A stretch of 56,158 bases of DNA from an uncultured bacterium (GTDB lineage: Bacteria > Patescibacteriota > JAHJAL01). Positions 33,029-42,189 of this stretch are shown here, in pieces (position 1 is the stretch's first letter; each line of letters begins with the position of its first letter). The notes beneath the pieces were generated by a model. It was not told where the DNA came from and made no database searches. It was given only the letters and a program-made list of their open reading frames with translations. Both the position numbers and the translations under genes were made by a program. The DNA is taken from contig CALKWM010000003.1 in NCBI GenBank assembly GCA_938004065.1, forward strand, positions 1 through 56,158, in the 5' to 3' direction.

Positions 33029-34153
33029 TTAATTCTCAAATTCGACTAAATTTTGTCGAAAAAACTCCGCCGTTTTCTCCCATTTAAAATTATCTTCCAC
33101 ATACTTATCTCTACCAAATACTTGCTCTCCGGAATTGTCTTGATAGACCATTTCCATCGCCCCCACGATTTGTGTTAAAGACAAACTATCAACCATCAAA
33201 ACTTTATCTTCCAAAACTTCACCCAAAGACCCGGCAAAACTTGATATCACCGGTACACCTAATCGCATTGCTTCCAAAGGTGGAAAACCAAATCCTTCAT
33301 AAAAAGACACATAAAACAAAACCATCGCACTGGAAATCAAAGATTCTTTATCCATCTCATCCACAAATCCTAGATATCTAATCTTTTTTTCCATCCGAAT
33401 CATCTCCCACAAATTATTGTTCATTGACCATCCCTTACCACCAACCAATACCATATCCGGTAAACTATCCTTGGAAATACCTTTATTAATCTGCATATTC
33501 AACCATAAAATATACGCTTCGATTAAACTCAATACGTTTTTTCTTTTTTCAAGCGTTCCAACATGCAAAAAATACTTACTTGTCAATCCATACTTATTTC
33601 TGATATTTATTTTACTTTCCACCAACTCCACCCCCAAGTGATGCCATTTAACCTTATTATTATCAATCCCATAAACCTCTTCCACATCTCTTGCGGTTGT
33701 TTTGGAAACCGCCAACACCAATTCGGCATTTTTTATATTGTTCTTGATGTTCATATACCAATGCCACCACTTGCTTTGAATACGATAACACTCCGGTAGC
33801 AATTCAAACGACAAGTCATGTACCGTAACCACTTTTTTAATACCTTTACTTACCGGCATGAATCGAATATTGGGATACCAAACCCAATCAATATCTCGGC
33901 AATATCGATCAGCTTTTGGCCACTGTAAAAATCGCCACGACAATGACGCCAATTTATTTGGCCACTTTTTATGTATCCATTCAAAACAACGGCTAATTTC
34001 TCGGTCGGGTTGTTTCTTCCAAGAATAGGAAAAAAGAATGTATTCATCTTCTGGATAAATTCTTTTCAAGTTTATTAGCATCTGCCAAGTATAACCTTCC
34101 ACTCCCGCTCTAAATTCTTCCAACAATCCCCTCGCATCAACCAAAATCCTCAC
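33029..34153 (-). CDS. glycosyltransferase family 4 (GT-B)
   Basis: Contains the EGFGFPPLEAM motif. Confidence 0.85.
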   Translation of the reverse strand: MRILVDARGLLEEFRAGVEGYTWQMLINLKRIYPEDEYILFSYSWKKQPDREISRCFEWIHKKWPNKLASLSWRFLQWPKADRYCRDIDWVWYPNIRFMPVSKGIKKVVTVHDLSFELLPECYRIQSKWWHWYMNIKNNIKNAELVLAVSKTTARDVEEVYGIDNNKVKWHHLGVELVESKINIRNKYGLTSKYFLHVGTLEKRKNVLSLIEAYILWLNMQINKGISKDSLPDMVLVGGKGWSMNNNLWEMIRMEKKIRYLGFVDEMDKESLISSAMVLFYVSFYEGFGFPPLEAMRLGVPVISSFAGSLGEVLEDKVLMVDSLSLTQIVGAMEMVYQDNSGEQVFGRDKYVEDNFKWEKTAEFFRQNLVEFEN

Positions 34154-34779
34154 TTCTTCTCCTTCTTTTTATCTTCAAAGGCATAAAAAACATAAGCTAA
34201 AAACGCTCCCAAACCCAGCGCTCCTACCAATCCGGCCCCGAATTGCAAACGATAATCTATTTCATGCTGCAATACCAAAACCGGTGTTGTGTCAATTGTA
34301 AACAACGGCTTGCTGTTTTTATCCACCAACAACGATTCCGTCTTTTCTTTCATAACTTGAATCATTGCTTCCAAAATCTGTTTTACCTCGTCAGCACTAC
34401 CTCGATTCAATCTGACCGCCACACTCTGAGAGATTACTTTATCAAAATCAAAAACACCTTTCAAAGCATTCATGCCCTCGGGAGCACTCAAATTGGCTCG
34501 ATCAAATATTAACTTAACAAAATCCGGCGCCTCCAGCCAAGTTTCCACACTATCGGAAAACATTTGATTGGCCTGAATCGTATAAAAACCATCGTATTTA
34601 TAATCTTGACCTTCTTCCGGACCGGCAACCATCTGTTTCAAAATTAACGTCGTGGACCCATCATAACTGACTTTAGATATCTTATTGGCAATTACAATTC
34701 CGCCTAAAACTATCACCACCGACAACAATATAAGCCACCAATACCTAACCAAAGGAATTATTGTTTCTCTCAAATTCAT
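34150..34779 (-). CDS. Wzz-like polysaccharide chain-length determinant (short)
   Basis: TM helices at the N- and C-termini flank a soluble domain. It overlaps both neighbouring GT genes. Confidence 0.5.
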   Translation of the reverse strand: MNLRETIIPLVRYWWLILLSVVIVLGGIVIANKISKVSYDGSTTLILKQMVAGPEEGQDYKYDGFYTIQANQMFSDSVETWLEAPDFVKLIFDRANLSAPEGMNALKGVFDFDKVISQSVAVRLNRGSADEVKQILEAMIQVMKEKTESLLVDKNSKPLFTIDTTPVLVLQHEIDYRLQFGAGLVGALGLGAFLAYVFYAFEDKKKEKK

Positions 34780-35954
34780 AATAATTTTTTAATATTATCT
34801 AAAATAAATTCTTCAAATTCGCGACAAAAACGTTCTTTACTAAAAATCTTAGCTCTCTCAATTATCTTTTCACTATCAAACTCACTTCCCTCCAACCTTT
34901 CAATTGCTTCATTTAAACTTTTTACCTTCTGTCTTTCAAAAAACACACCGGTTACTCCATCAACAATCGACTCCCTGGCGCCTCCTTGACCAAACGCCAC
35001 CACCGGCTTACCTAAACTCATCGCCTCTACAGGAACTATACCAAAATCCTCGAGTGAAGGAAATATCACCGCTTTGCATTTTTTCATTATCTCCATTTTT
35101 ATTTCATCATTACCAAAACCCAAAAATTCGATATTCTCACTTCCTTGAGACAACTTTTTTACTTTCCCCAACATCGGTCCTTCACCAATCACTTTTAAAT
35201 TCCTGCCGTTTTCCACAAATGCCTCCACCACCAAATCCGCCTTCTTGTACGGCACCAATCTCCCCACAAACAGATAAAAATCCTCTTGTTTTTCTCCAGT
35301 CTTGTTTTCGTGTGATTTATTGGATATTGGATATTGAATATTGAATCTTTGATTTACTTCAACTGGTGGATAAATTACTTTCGCATCTCGCCGATAATAC
35401 TTTTTGATCCTTGATGCAATATATTTTGAATTTGCCACAAACAAATCTACTCTTTCAGCCGACATGCGATCATTCATTCTTAGATCAAACACCATTCGCG
35501 GCATAACCAGACGCACCAAGGGATTCAATATACCAAATTCCAATCTTTCACGAATATATTCATGATAGTCACTCCAATAATATCTGATCGGAGTATGACA
35601 GTAACATACATGCAAAGTTTCCGGTTTGGTAATTACGCATTTCGACTCCGCACTACTGGAACTAATTACCAAATCATATCCCCCAAAATCAAAACTTTCA
35701 AACAATATCGGTCTAAGCCAGGCAAACAGTTGATGTTTGTTGCGAAAATACGGAATTTTATTTAGCCAAGTCGTAAATATTTTCCGACCTTTTAACCATG
35801 GAAATAAATTTGGATTGCATACAGAAGTATAAATATCCGCGCTTGGGAAAATTTCCGCAATCACCTCTTCCACTTTCGCCGCTCCACCCCGGCTAGTTAA
35901 CCAATCACACACAATCGCCACCCGTAATTTTTGAAAATCATTTTCCAAATTCAT
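34776..35954 (-). CDS. glycosyltransferase family 4 (GT-B)
   Basis: Contains the EDFGIVPVEAM motif. An in-frame heptamer-repeat segment lies in the inter-domain region. Confidence 0.85.
   Translation of the reverse strand: MNLENDFQKLRVAIVCDWLTSRGGAAKVEEVIAEIFPSADIYTSVCNPNLFPWLKGRKIFTTWLNKIPYFRNKHQLFAWLRPILFESFDFGGYDLVISSSSAESKCVITKPETLHVCYCHTPIRYYWSDYHEYIRERLEFGILNPLVRLVMPRMVFDLRMNDRMSAERVDLFVANSKYIASRIKKYYRRDAKVIYPPVEVNQRFNIQYPISNKSHENKTGEKQEDFYLFVGRLVPYKKADLVVEAFVENGRNLKVIGEGPMLGKVKKLSQGSENIEFLGFGNDEIKMEIMKKCKAVIFPSLEDFGIVPVEAMSLGKPVVAFGQGGARESIVDGVTGVFFERQKVKSLNEAIERLEGSEFDSEKIIERAKIFSKERFCREFEEFILDNIKKLL
35318..35352. repeat. five tandem 7-nt units (attggat/attgaat) inside the GT4 CDS
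   Basis: Read directly; it encodes ...FNIQYPISNK.... The same unit family occurs in inverse orientation at 50397-50431. Confidence 0.8.
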
Positions 35955-36069
35955 TTTATTATTTCTCTAATCTATAATATAATATTTCACAGGCACATTA
36001 AAAAAACAAATAATTCACAAATTATGACATCTGCCTATCTTACAAAAATTCCAAAGGAGGTATAAAAAA

Positions 36070-36345
36070 ATGAATCTTTCTAACAAAACAATCAAAGGTA
36101 TAAATAACGATATCGAGCTAATAAACAAAGAGATTAAAAAAATAATTGACAATCCAAAAATAAACTTCGAAGTCATCCATTTACAGTATATTAGTCCTAC
36201 TGTAGGATTTTATATTCTTCCCCTCGATCACAAAGACGGATCTTTGTTTTATTACAAAGATTTACGGTCAGAGTTAGAAAATATTTTAGATAAAAATGAA
36301 TACGAAGCCATTCCAATCTACTTACATAAATACCTAAAAAATTAA
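36070..36345 (+). CDS. hypothetical protein (91 aa)
   Basis: An AAAGGAGGT RBS lies 8 nt upstream and a terminator follows. Confidence 0.45.
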   Translation: MNLSNKTIKGINNDIELINKEIKKIIDNPKINFEVIHLQYISPTVGFYILPLDHKDGSLFYYKDLRSELENILDKNEYEAIPIYLHKYLKN

Positions 36346-36362
36346 GGTCTAATGACATTTTC

Positions 36363-36387
36363 AAAAAGAACCCTCCGGTTCTTTTTT
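36363..36387. terminator. bidirectional hairpin
   Basis: aaaaagaacc ctcc ggttcttttt. Confidence 0.65.
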
Positions 36388-36396
36388 ATTAATATC

Positions 36397-36417
36397 GTCC
36401 CGAGCTTATCAAGGGAC
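36397..36417 (-). repeat. GC hairpin family C copy 1 (GTCCC...GGGAC within the AATATCGTCCCGAGC...GGGACAC context)
   Basis: Related to 46556-46578, with shared flanks ATATCGTCCCGAGC and GGGACAC. Each copy abuts an ACTTGNN heptamer array. Confidence 0.7.
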
Positions 36418-36422
36418 ACACC

Positions 36423-36463
36423 ACTTGAAACTTGCTACTTTTTACTTTTACTTGATACTTGTA
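36423..36463 (-). repeat. about six tandem 7-nt units (acttgaa/acttgct/acttgat; CAAGT-N2 on the coding strand) in the 3' UTR of the sugar transferase gene
   Basis: Read directly. The array lies between the stop codon (36467) and hairpin C1. Confidence 0.8.
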
Positions 36464-36466
36464 CTC

Positions 36467-37876
36467 TCACCGACCCGCTCTCGTCAACATCAACCAAATT
36501 GTTTTAAAAAATATCTGCATATCCAACATAATCGACCAGTTTTCGATATAGTAAGTATCCAGTTTGACAATATCCTCAAACGATAAATCATGCCTGCCGG
36601 TAACTTGCCATGGTCCGGTTATCCCACTTTTGATCGCCAATCTTTTCAAATGATGCTCTTCATACTGTTCCACCTCGGCTGGAATCGGCGGCCTGGGCCC
36701 TATCCAACTCATATCGCCCACCAACACATTCCACAACTGAGGCATTTCATCAATCCTGGTTTTACGCAAAAATTTTCCCATCCGAGTAATTCTGGGATCA
36801 TCTTTAATCTTGAACATTGGTCCATCGGCTTCATTTTGATTTTTCAATTCCTGTAATTTTTTCTCTGCATCAACCACCATCGATCTGAATTTATATATTT
36901 TGAACAATTTTCCTTTGCGACCAACCCTTGTGGATGCGTACAATACCGGCCCTTTTGTATCAATTTTTATCAAAATCGCTATCAGAAGAAATACTGGCCA
37001 AAAAAACAGTATTACCAAAATAGAAAATACCACATCAAAAATCCTCTTGATAATCCTGCCCCATCCTTCCAAAGCCGTTTCTTTTAATGCAATTACCGGC
37101 ATTCCAGCTATGGTTTGCGTTTCCACATTGGCACTAACCACATCCAATATACTAGGCACAAAACGAAACAATTTATCTTGATCGTTACAAAACTTGATTA
37201 GTTTCAACATATAACCATCATCACCTTCTCCCGCTAACCATATCTCGTCTGGATGATATCTTTTATTAATTTTATAGATCCTGTCTATATTACCCAAAAC
37301 TCTATATTCACCGACCTTCTCACCCTTTTGTCTGGTTTCATCCAGCACTCCCACCAATTCTAAACCGCTATTTTTATTCTTCTCAAAATATTCCACTAAA
37401 TCTATTACTTTCCCGTTAGAACCCGCCAACATCACTCGCCGCACTCCGATTCCATATCTATATAAATATTTCTGTAATATTCGCAACATTCCACGACCGA
37501 AAATTACGAACAAAGACACAAAAAACAATGCATAAATAATTATTAAACGTGAAAAAAATGTGTCCTGATTGAAAAAAATGATGATAATCATAAGCCCCAT
37601 CACTGTAAAAACTCCCGCTGTACTCATCCACATTTCTTTGACAAAATTTCCAATTCCTCTAAAAGTATATAAACCTAACGCCGCGAAAACAATCCACCAC
37701 ACCGGCATAAACAAAGCCAGAAATTTCATATAATCAATTAGCGGCGGCACCCATTTCACCTCCACAAAATCAGACACATGTAAACGTACTTCATACGCCA
37801 CCACAAAACCTACCAATATCATCAAGACATCGATAAAAACTAACGCTATATTGAAAAACACTTCCGATCTTTTCAT
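36467..37876 (-). CDS. undecaprenyl-phosphate sugar phosphotransferase (WbaP/EpsB-type bacterial sugar transferase)
   Basis: Contains KIKDDPRITRMGKFLRKTRIDEMPQLWNVLVGDMSWIGPRP, with N-terminal TM helices. Confidence 0.9.
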   Translation of the reverse strand: MKRSEVFFNIALVFIDVLMILVGFVVAYEVRLHVSDFVEVKWVPPLIDYMKFLALFMPVWWIVFAALGLYTFRGIGNFVKEMWMSTAGVFTVMGLMIIIIFFNQDTFFSRLIIIYALFFVSLFVIFGRGMLRILQKYLYRYGIGVRRVMLAGSNGKVIDLVEYFEKNKNSGLELVGVLDETRQKGEKVGEYRVLGNIDRIYKINKRYHPDEIWLAGEGDDGYMLKLIKFCNDQDKLFRFVPSILDVVSANVETQTIAGMPVIALKETALEGWGRIIKRIFDVVFSILVILFFWPVFLLIAILIKIDTKGPVLYASTRVGRKGKLFKIYKFRSMVVDAEKKLQELKNQNEADGPMFKIKDDPRITRMGKFLRKTRIDEMPQLWNVLVGDMSWIGPRPPIPAEVEQYEEHHLKRLAIKSGITGPWQVTGRHDLSFEDIVKLDTYYIENWSIMLDMQIFFKTIWLMLTRAGR

Positions 37877-38046
37877 AATAAAATCCTAAACAATACGTAA
37901 ACCCCAATGTTTTATAATTTTATGAAACTATATTACATTTGAAAAGCTTGCACAGGTTTGGACCAATTTATAATAGTTTAATTTCCAACCCAAATTATAT
38001 CATAAAACATAGCTGATAAAACTTAATAAATCAATACTTTAATTAT

Positions 38047-38078
38047 CAAAAAAATAACTCCCTTCAAGGAATTATTTT
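38047..38078 (-). terminator. intrinsic terminator after rnpB
   Basis: The minus strand reads ATAATTCCT TGAA GGGAGTTAT followed by T7. Confidence 0.6.
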
Positions 38079-38087
38079 TATAATTAT

Positions 38088-38438
38088 AGCAAATTTCATA
38101 AGCCGAGTTCTGTTTCCCCCGACGTAACGTCGGGGTAGTCATCATCAATCTAGGTCGGATGTCGCCATCCTGACTCATGCGGTGGTATTCCACCTTGCAC
38201 CCAAGTAGGGTTTACCAAAATTTCATTGTCACCAATGAATTTCCGCCCAAGGCGGACTTTTCACCTTTCCTCCGACATTACGTCGGAGTAGTATCGTCTC
38301 TGTGGCACTTTCCCTACCCCGATTTCTAACATCGGGGCGGTTGCCGTTAGCAACTACTTCTTGTTAACCAAATAACCAGGTGCTCGGACTTTCCTCTCCG
38401 ACTTTATTAGCGTCGGAGCGATGACTGTTAATTTGCTA
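38088..38438 (-). ncRNA. rnpB: RNase P RNA, bacterial type A
   Basis: The minus strand carries GAGAGGAAAGTCCGAGC, GGGAAAGTGCCACAGAGA, GGTAAACCCTACTTGGGTGCAAG and CCTAGATTGATGATGAC...ACAGAACTCGGCTTAT. P1 is formed by GCAAATT/AATTTGC. Confidence 0.9.
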
Positions 38439-38526
38439 TATCACAGTAACACAAAAAAATGATTTTTGCAAATCTAAAATTCATAATTCTAAAGATATTT
38501 ATCAAATTTTTTTAAAGCTCCAAATA

Positions 38527-39681
38527 TTGACAAAAATAAAATATAAGTATAATATTAAAGACATGACCAAAAAACCTATCCAACTCGATGTTATCATAGT
38601 TTATTCCGGTACAATTGCCCATAGTGCAAATAACCGTAAATATTCCGAAAAAAAACCATTCTCCGCTTTTGGCAGACACTATGCATATAACAAAAGTTAT
38701 CAATATCTTCTCCAAAAATGCCAAAATACCAACCTGAAAGCAGCTTTTTGCACTTCTGATGATATCGTCGGTCCGGGACTGTTTTCCAGTTATTGGACCT
38801 ACCGCAACAAATGGATTAGACACCAACATCCGGCCCAAAGCCGGCTATTGTTTGACAAATTCACTCCTACCAATTTAACCCAAACCAACCAGTTTGAACT
38901 TCTAACCTCTTGTAAATCCATATATACTTTCAATAACCGAAAGCTGACTCAACTTTTTCAAAACAAATTAAACACATACCTGTTTTTCAAAGAATTCTCA
39001 ATTCCCACTGTTGAAATCTCTCATCCATCTAAAAAACATATTGCCGAGGCCAAAACCAAACTGGACAATCTGATTCAAAAACACAAACACAAAATTGACT
39101 TCAAACATGGTTATATCTCCAAAGACACCAAAGGAGTGGGAGGATTTAAAATCTACAAAGTTAATTTTGATAAACCGGGAATTGAAAATCTAATCAAGCA
39201 ATACAAAATAGACAAAAACAACAAAGAGCTTTTGTCTTACGTCCTACAACCATTTATCGATTGCCGTCATCACTTAAAAAAAACCGAACACAAAGGATTG
39301 ATTGATTTTAGATTAATTTTAGTTAACAAAACTATCGTTCAAACATATATCCGAATAGCCCAAAAAGGCAATTTCAAATGTAACGAACACCAAGGTGGAA
39401 ATTTGATTTATTTACCATTAAATATAATCCCACAGGACATTCTGACCATGACCAAAAAAATCACCAATCAACTGCATCAGGAAATAAATATTGAAAACTC
39501 TATCTACGCGCTGGATTTTATCCGCAGTAATCATAACGGAAATCTATATTTTATCGAGGGCAACAACAATCCCGGCCTTGATTGGGATCAAACAAAAACT
39601 ATCAATCAGAACAAATCCAAGCAATTAATCGACATCATAGTTAACAAATTGTTCTCGATCAAACAAACAATCGCAAATTGA
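38527..39681 (+). CDS. ATP-grasp enzyme (RimK-like E-x-N-x2-PG type), function unknown
   Basis: Contains YALDFIRSNHNGNLYFIEGNNNPG and YVLQPFID. The likely true start is ATG 38563 (MTKKPIQ). Confidence 0.7.
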   Translation: MTKIKYKYNIKDMTKKPIQLDVIIVYSGTIAHSANNRKYSEKKPFSAFGRHYAYNKSYQYLLQKCQNTNLKAAFCTSDDIVGPGLFSSYWTYRNKWIRHQHPAQSRLLFDKFTPTNLTQTNQFELLTSCKSIYTFNNRKLTQLFQNKLNTYLFFKEFSIPTVEISHPSKKHIAEAKTKLDNLIQKHKHKIDFKHGYISKDTKGVGGFKIYKVNFDKPGIENLIKQYKIDKNNKELLSYVLQPFIDCRHHLKKTEHKGLIDFRLILVNKTIVQTYIRIAQKGNFKCNEHQGGNLIYLPLNIIPQDILTMTKKITNQLHQEINIENSIYALDFIRSNHNGNLYFIEGNNNPGLDWDQTKTINQNKSKQLIDIIVNKLFSIKQTIAN

Positions 39682-39682
39682 T

Positions 39683-40534
39683 TTATAATATTTTTTCCAC
39701 CACAAACACCACTTCATTTTCAAAATCAATAATTTCCACTTTCCATCCCTGTCCATCAATCAATTCCATAAAATACTTTTTATAATACTCTCTCATCTTT
39801 TTCTTCTTGCCGGAAATGGTTCTGGTTGGAAAAGAAACTACCACATATTTTGATTTACATTTTTGTATCATATTCAAACTACTTCCCTTCTTCTGACGCT
39901 CAAGCAAAATCAAAACTTTCAAAAACATCGTGATATCCGCCTCGATATATTTCTCCTCAAAAATATCACCCAACATCACTCGCGCTCTATTCTCCACTCC
40001 GCAATCAACAAATATCTGATTTACAAAATCAATTTGCCTTTGATCAACGTCATATCCCACATATTTTACACCCTCACCCATCCAAAAATAAGTCAAAGCA
40101 TTGAGTCCGCACGCCGGTTCAAACACAATCTTTGGCTTCCCGGTAATTTCAAAAATCTTTTTATAATATTCATCCAAAATATTTATCCGCTCATCCGTCG
40201 AAGTCTGCAACTTCAAAACGGGCAATAAACAATATTTAATCGCACTATTTTCGATATTGTTTTTGGAAAGTTTGTAATTGTTTGTACATGTTTGGAAAGT
40301 TTGACTATGTTTGACCAAGTTTTTTCTCTTGGCATACGCTCCCCAAACTTGATGCATTTTATTTCTCACCGCCTTCTCCAAATCTTTTACCGGATATCGT
40401 CCAACTAATTCATTCACAATCCGCTCCACAGTCGGACGATATATCCCACGATATTTCGCCGACACCAATATCGTATCCACAATTAATTTTTTATCAACTT
40501 TTTCCATTATTTTTTTATTAACTCGGTGCAACAT
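39683..40534 (-). CDS. 16S rRNA (guanine1405-N7)-methyltransferase family protein (ArmA/RmtB/Sgm/FmrO-like)
   Basis: SAKYRGIYRPTVERI, MHQVWGAY, TSTDERINILDEYY, EPACGLNALTY, LKVLILLERQ and VVVSFPTRTISGKKKKM line up with RmtB motifs recalled from memory. The start may be the internal MEKVDKK. Confidence 0.85.
   Translation of the reverse strand: MLHRVNKKIMEKVDKKLIVDTILVSAKYRGIYRPTVERIVNELVGRYPVKDLEKAVRNKMHQVWGAYAKRKNLVKHSQTFQTCTNNYKLSKNNIENSAIKYCLLPVLKLQTSTDERINILDEYYKKIFEITGKPKIVFEPACGLNALTYFWMGEGVKYVGYDVDQRQIDFVNQIFVDCGVENRARVMLGDIFEEKYIEADITMFLKVLILLERQKKGSSLNMIQKCKSKYVVVSFPTRTISGKKKKMREYYKKYFMELIDGQGWKVEIIDFENEVVFVVEKIL
40265..40325. repeat. six 9-10-nt periodic units (G-N5-GTTT: ggaaagttt, gtaattgttt, gtacatgttt ...) inside the methyltransferase CDS
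   Basis: Read directly. It encodes ...KHSQTFQTCTNNYKLSKNN..., which is extra relative to RmtB. Confidence 0.7.
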
Positions 40535-40541
40535 GGGGGTT

Positions 40542-40613
40542 CGGGGGGAATACTTTTGGCACTACAGCGTATTATTATACTTAAGATAGAGTACCCAAAA
40601 TTATTCCCCCCCG
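40542..40613 (-). promoter_or_regulatory. long G/C-clamped inverted repeat (about 17 bp stem, 35-nt loop) ending 8 nt upstream of the methyltransferase ATG
   Basis: cggggggaatacttttgg (40542-40559) pairs with ccaaaattattcccccccg (40595-40613), with one mismatch and one bulge. Confidence 0.5.
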
Positions 40614-40655
40614 AGGATTTTTGGTACTTTTTGTCCCCAAAAAGTACAAAGAAAA

Positions 40656-41801
<1,146 letters not shown>

Positions 41802-41908
41802 TTATTTCATTTATCTTTCATAATTCCTGATTCATCAAAATCGTCAAATTTATTTTGCGATTTTGATTCATTGTGGAGTAGGAGAGCGAGTGAGTCCTAC
41901 GAACGAGC

Positions 41909-41940
41909 GATGAGGGAGAGGATACATCCTCTCCCTCATC
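41909..41940 (-). repeat. perfect 15-bp GC-rich hairpin 5 nt downstream of tRNA-Gly
   Basis: gatgagggagaggat ac atcctctccctcatc. No U-run follows on either strand. Confidence 0.8.
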
Positions 41941-41945
41941 TTCGA

Positions 41946-42017
41946 AGCGGGCAACGGGAGTCGAACCCGTATCTCTACCATGGCAAGGTAGTATAATAGC
42001 CATTATACTATGCCCGC
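41946..42017 (-). tRNA. tRNA-Gly(GCC)
   Basis: Acceptor GCGGGCA/TGCCCGC, anticodon stem CTACC/GGTAG, loop TTGCCAT, T-arm ACGGG TTCGACT CCCGT. Confidence 0.85.
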
Positions 42018-42095
42018 AACTAATTTAAATTCTAATATATACCCACCTCAATTGCAAACTCAAAAAAAAATTCTAACTAACATTATTTTCGTACC

Positions 42096-42114
42096 GGCGA
42101 CCCTCGCGGTCGCC
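42096..42114 (-). repeat. GC hairpin family A, variant copy (GGCGACC/GGTCGCC)
   Basis: It keeps the flank context of family A (GTAC on one side, purine-rich AAG on the other), but the stem sequence is changed on both arms. Confidence 0.65.
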
Positions 42115-42145
42115 CTTTTCTCTTACTTCACCCGCCCGAGGCGAT

Positions 42146-42179
42146 TGTGCCTCGCCTGCCCGCCTTGGGAGGGGGCGCA
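42146..42179 (-). repeat. GC-rich element family B, copy 1
   Basis: The tgtgcc / ggcgca stem encloses tcgcctgcccgccttgggaggg. About 50 nt is shared with 45681-45727, immediately after a permease stop codon. Confidence 0.75.
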
Positions 42180-42189
42180 TATCTCTTGC

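Noticed and set aside
38512-38838. A 108-aa minus-strand ORF
   Set aside because: It is antisense to the 5' end of the ATP-grasp gene and has no supporting motifs.
38440-39681. A graspetide/RiPP precursor peptide next to the RimK-like ATP-grasp gene
   Set aside because: The only upstream micro-ORF (18 aa, MIFANLKFIILKIFIKFF) has no Thr/Ser-Asp/Glu core motif. No protease or dedicated exporter is adjacent.
41818-42003. A 61-aa minus-strand ORF
   Set aside because: It spans tRNA-Gly and the GC hairpins downstream of it.
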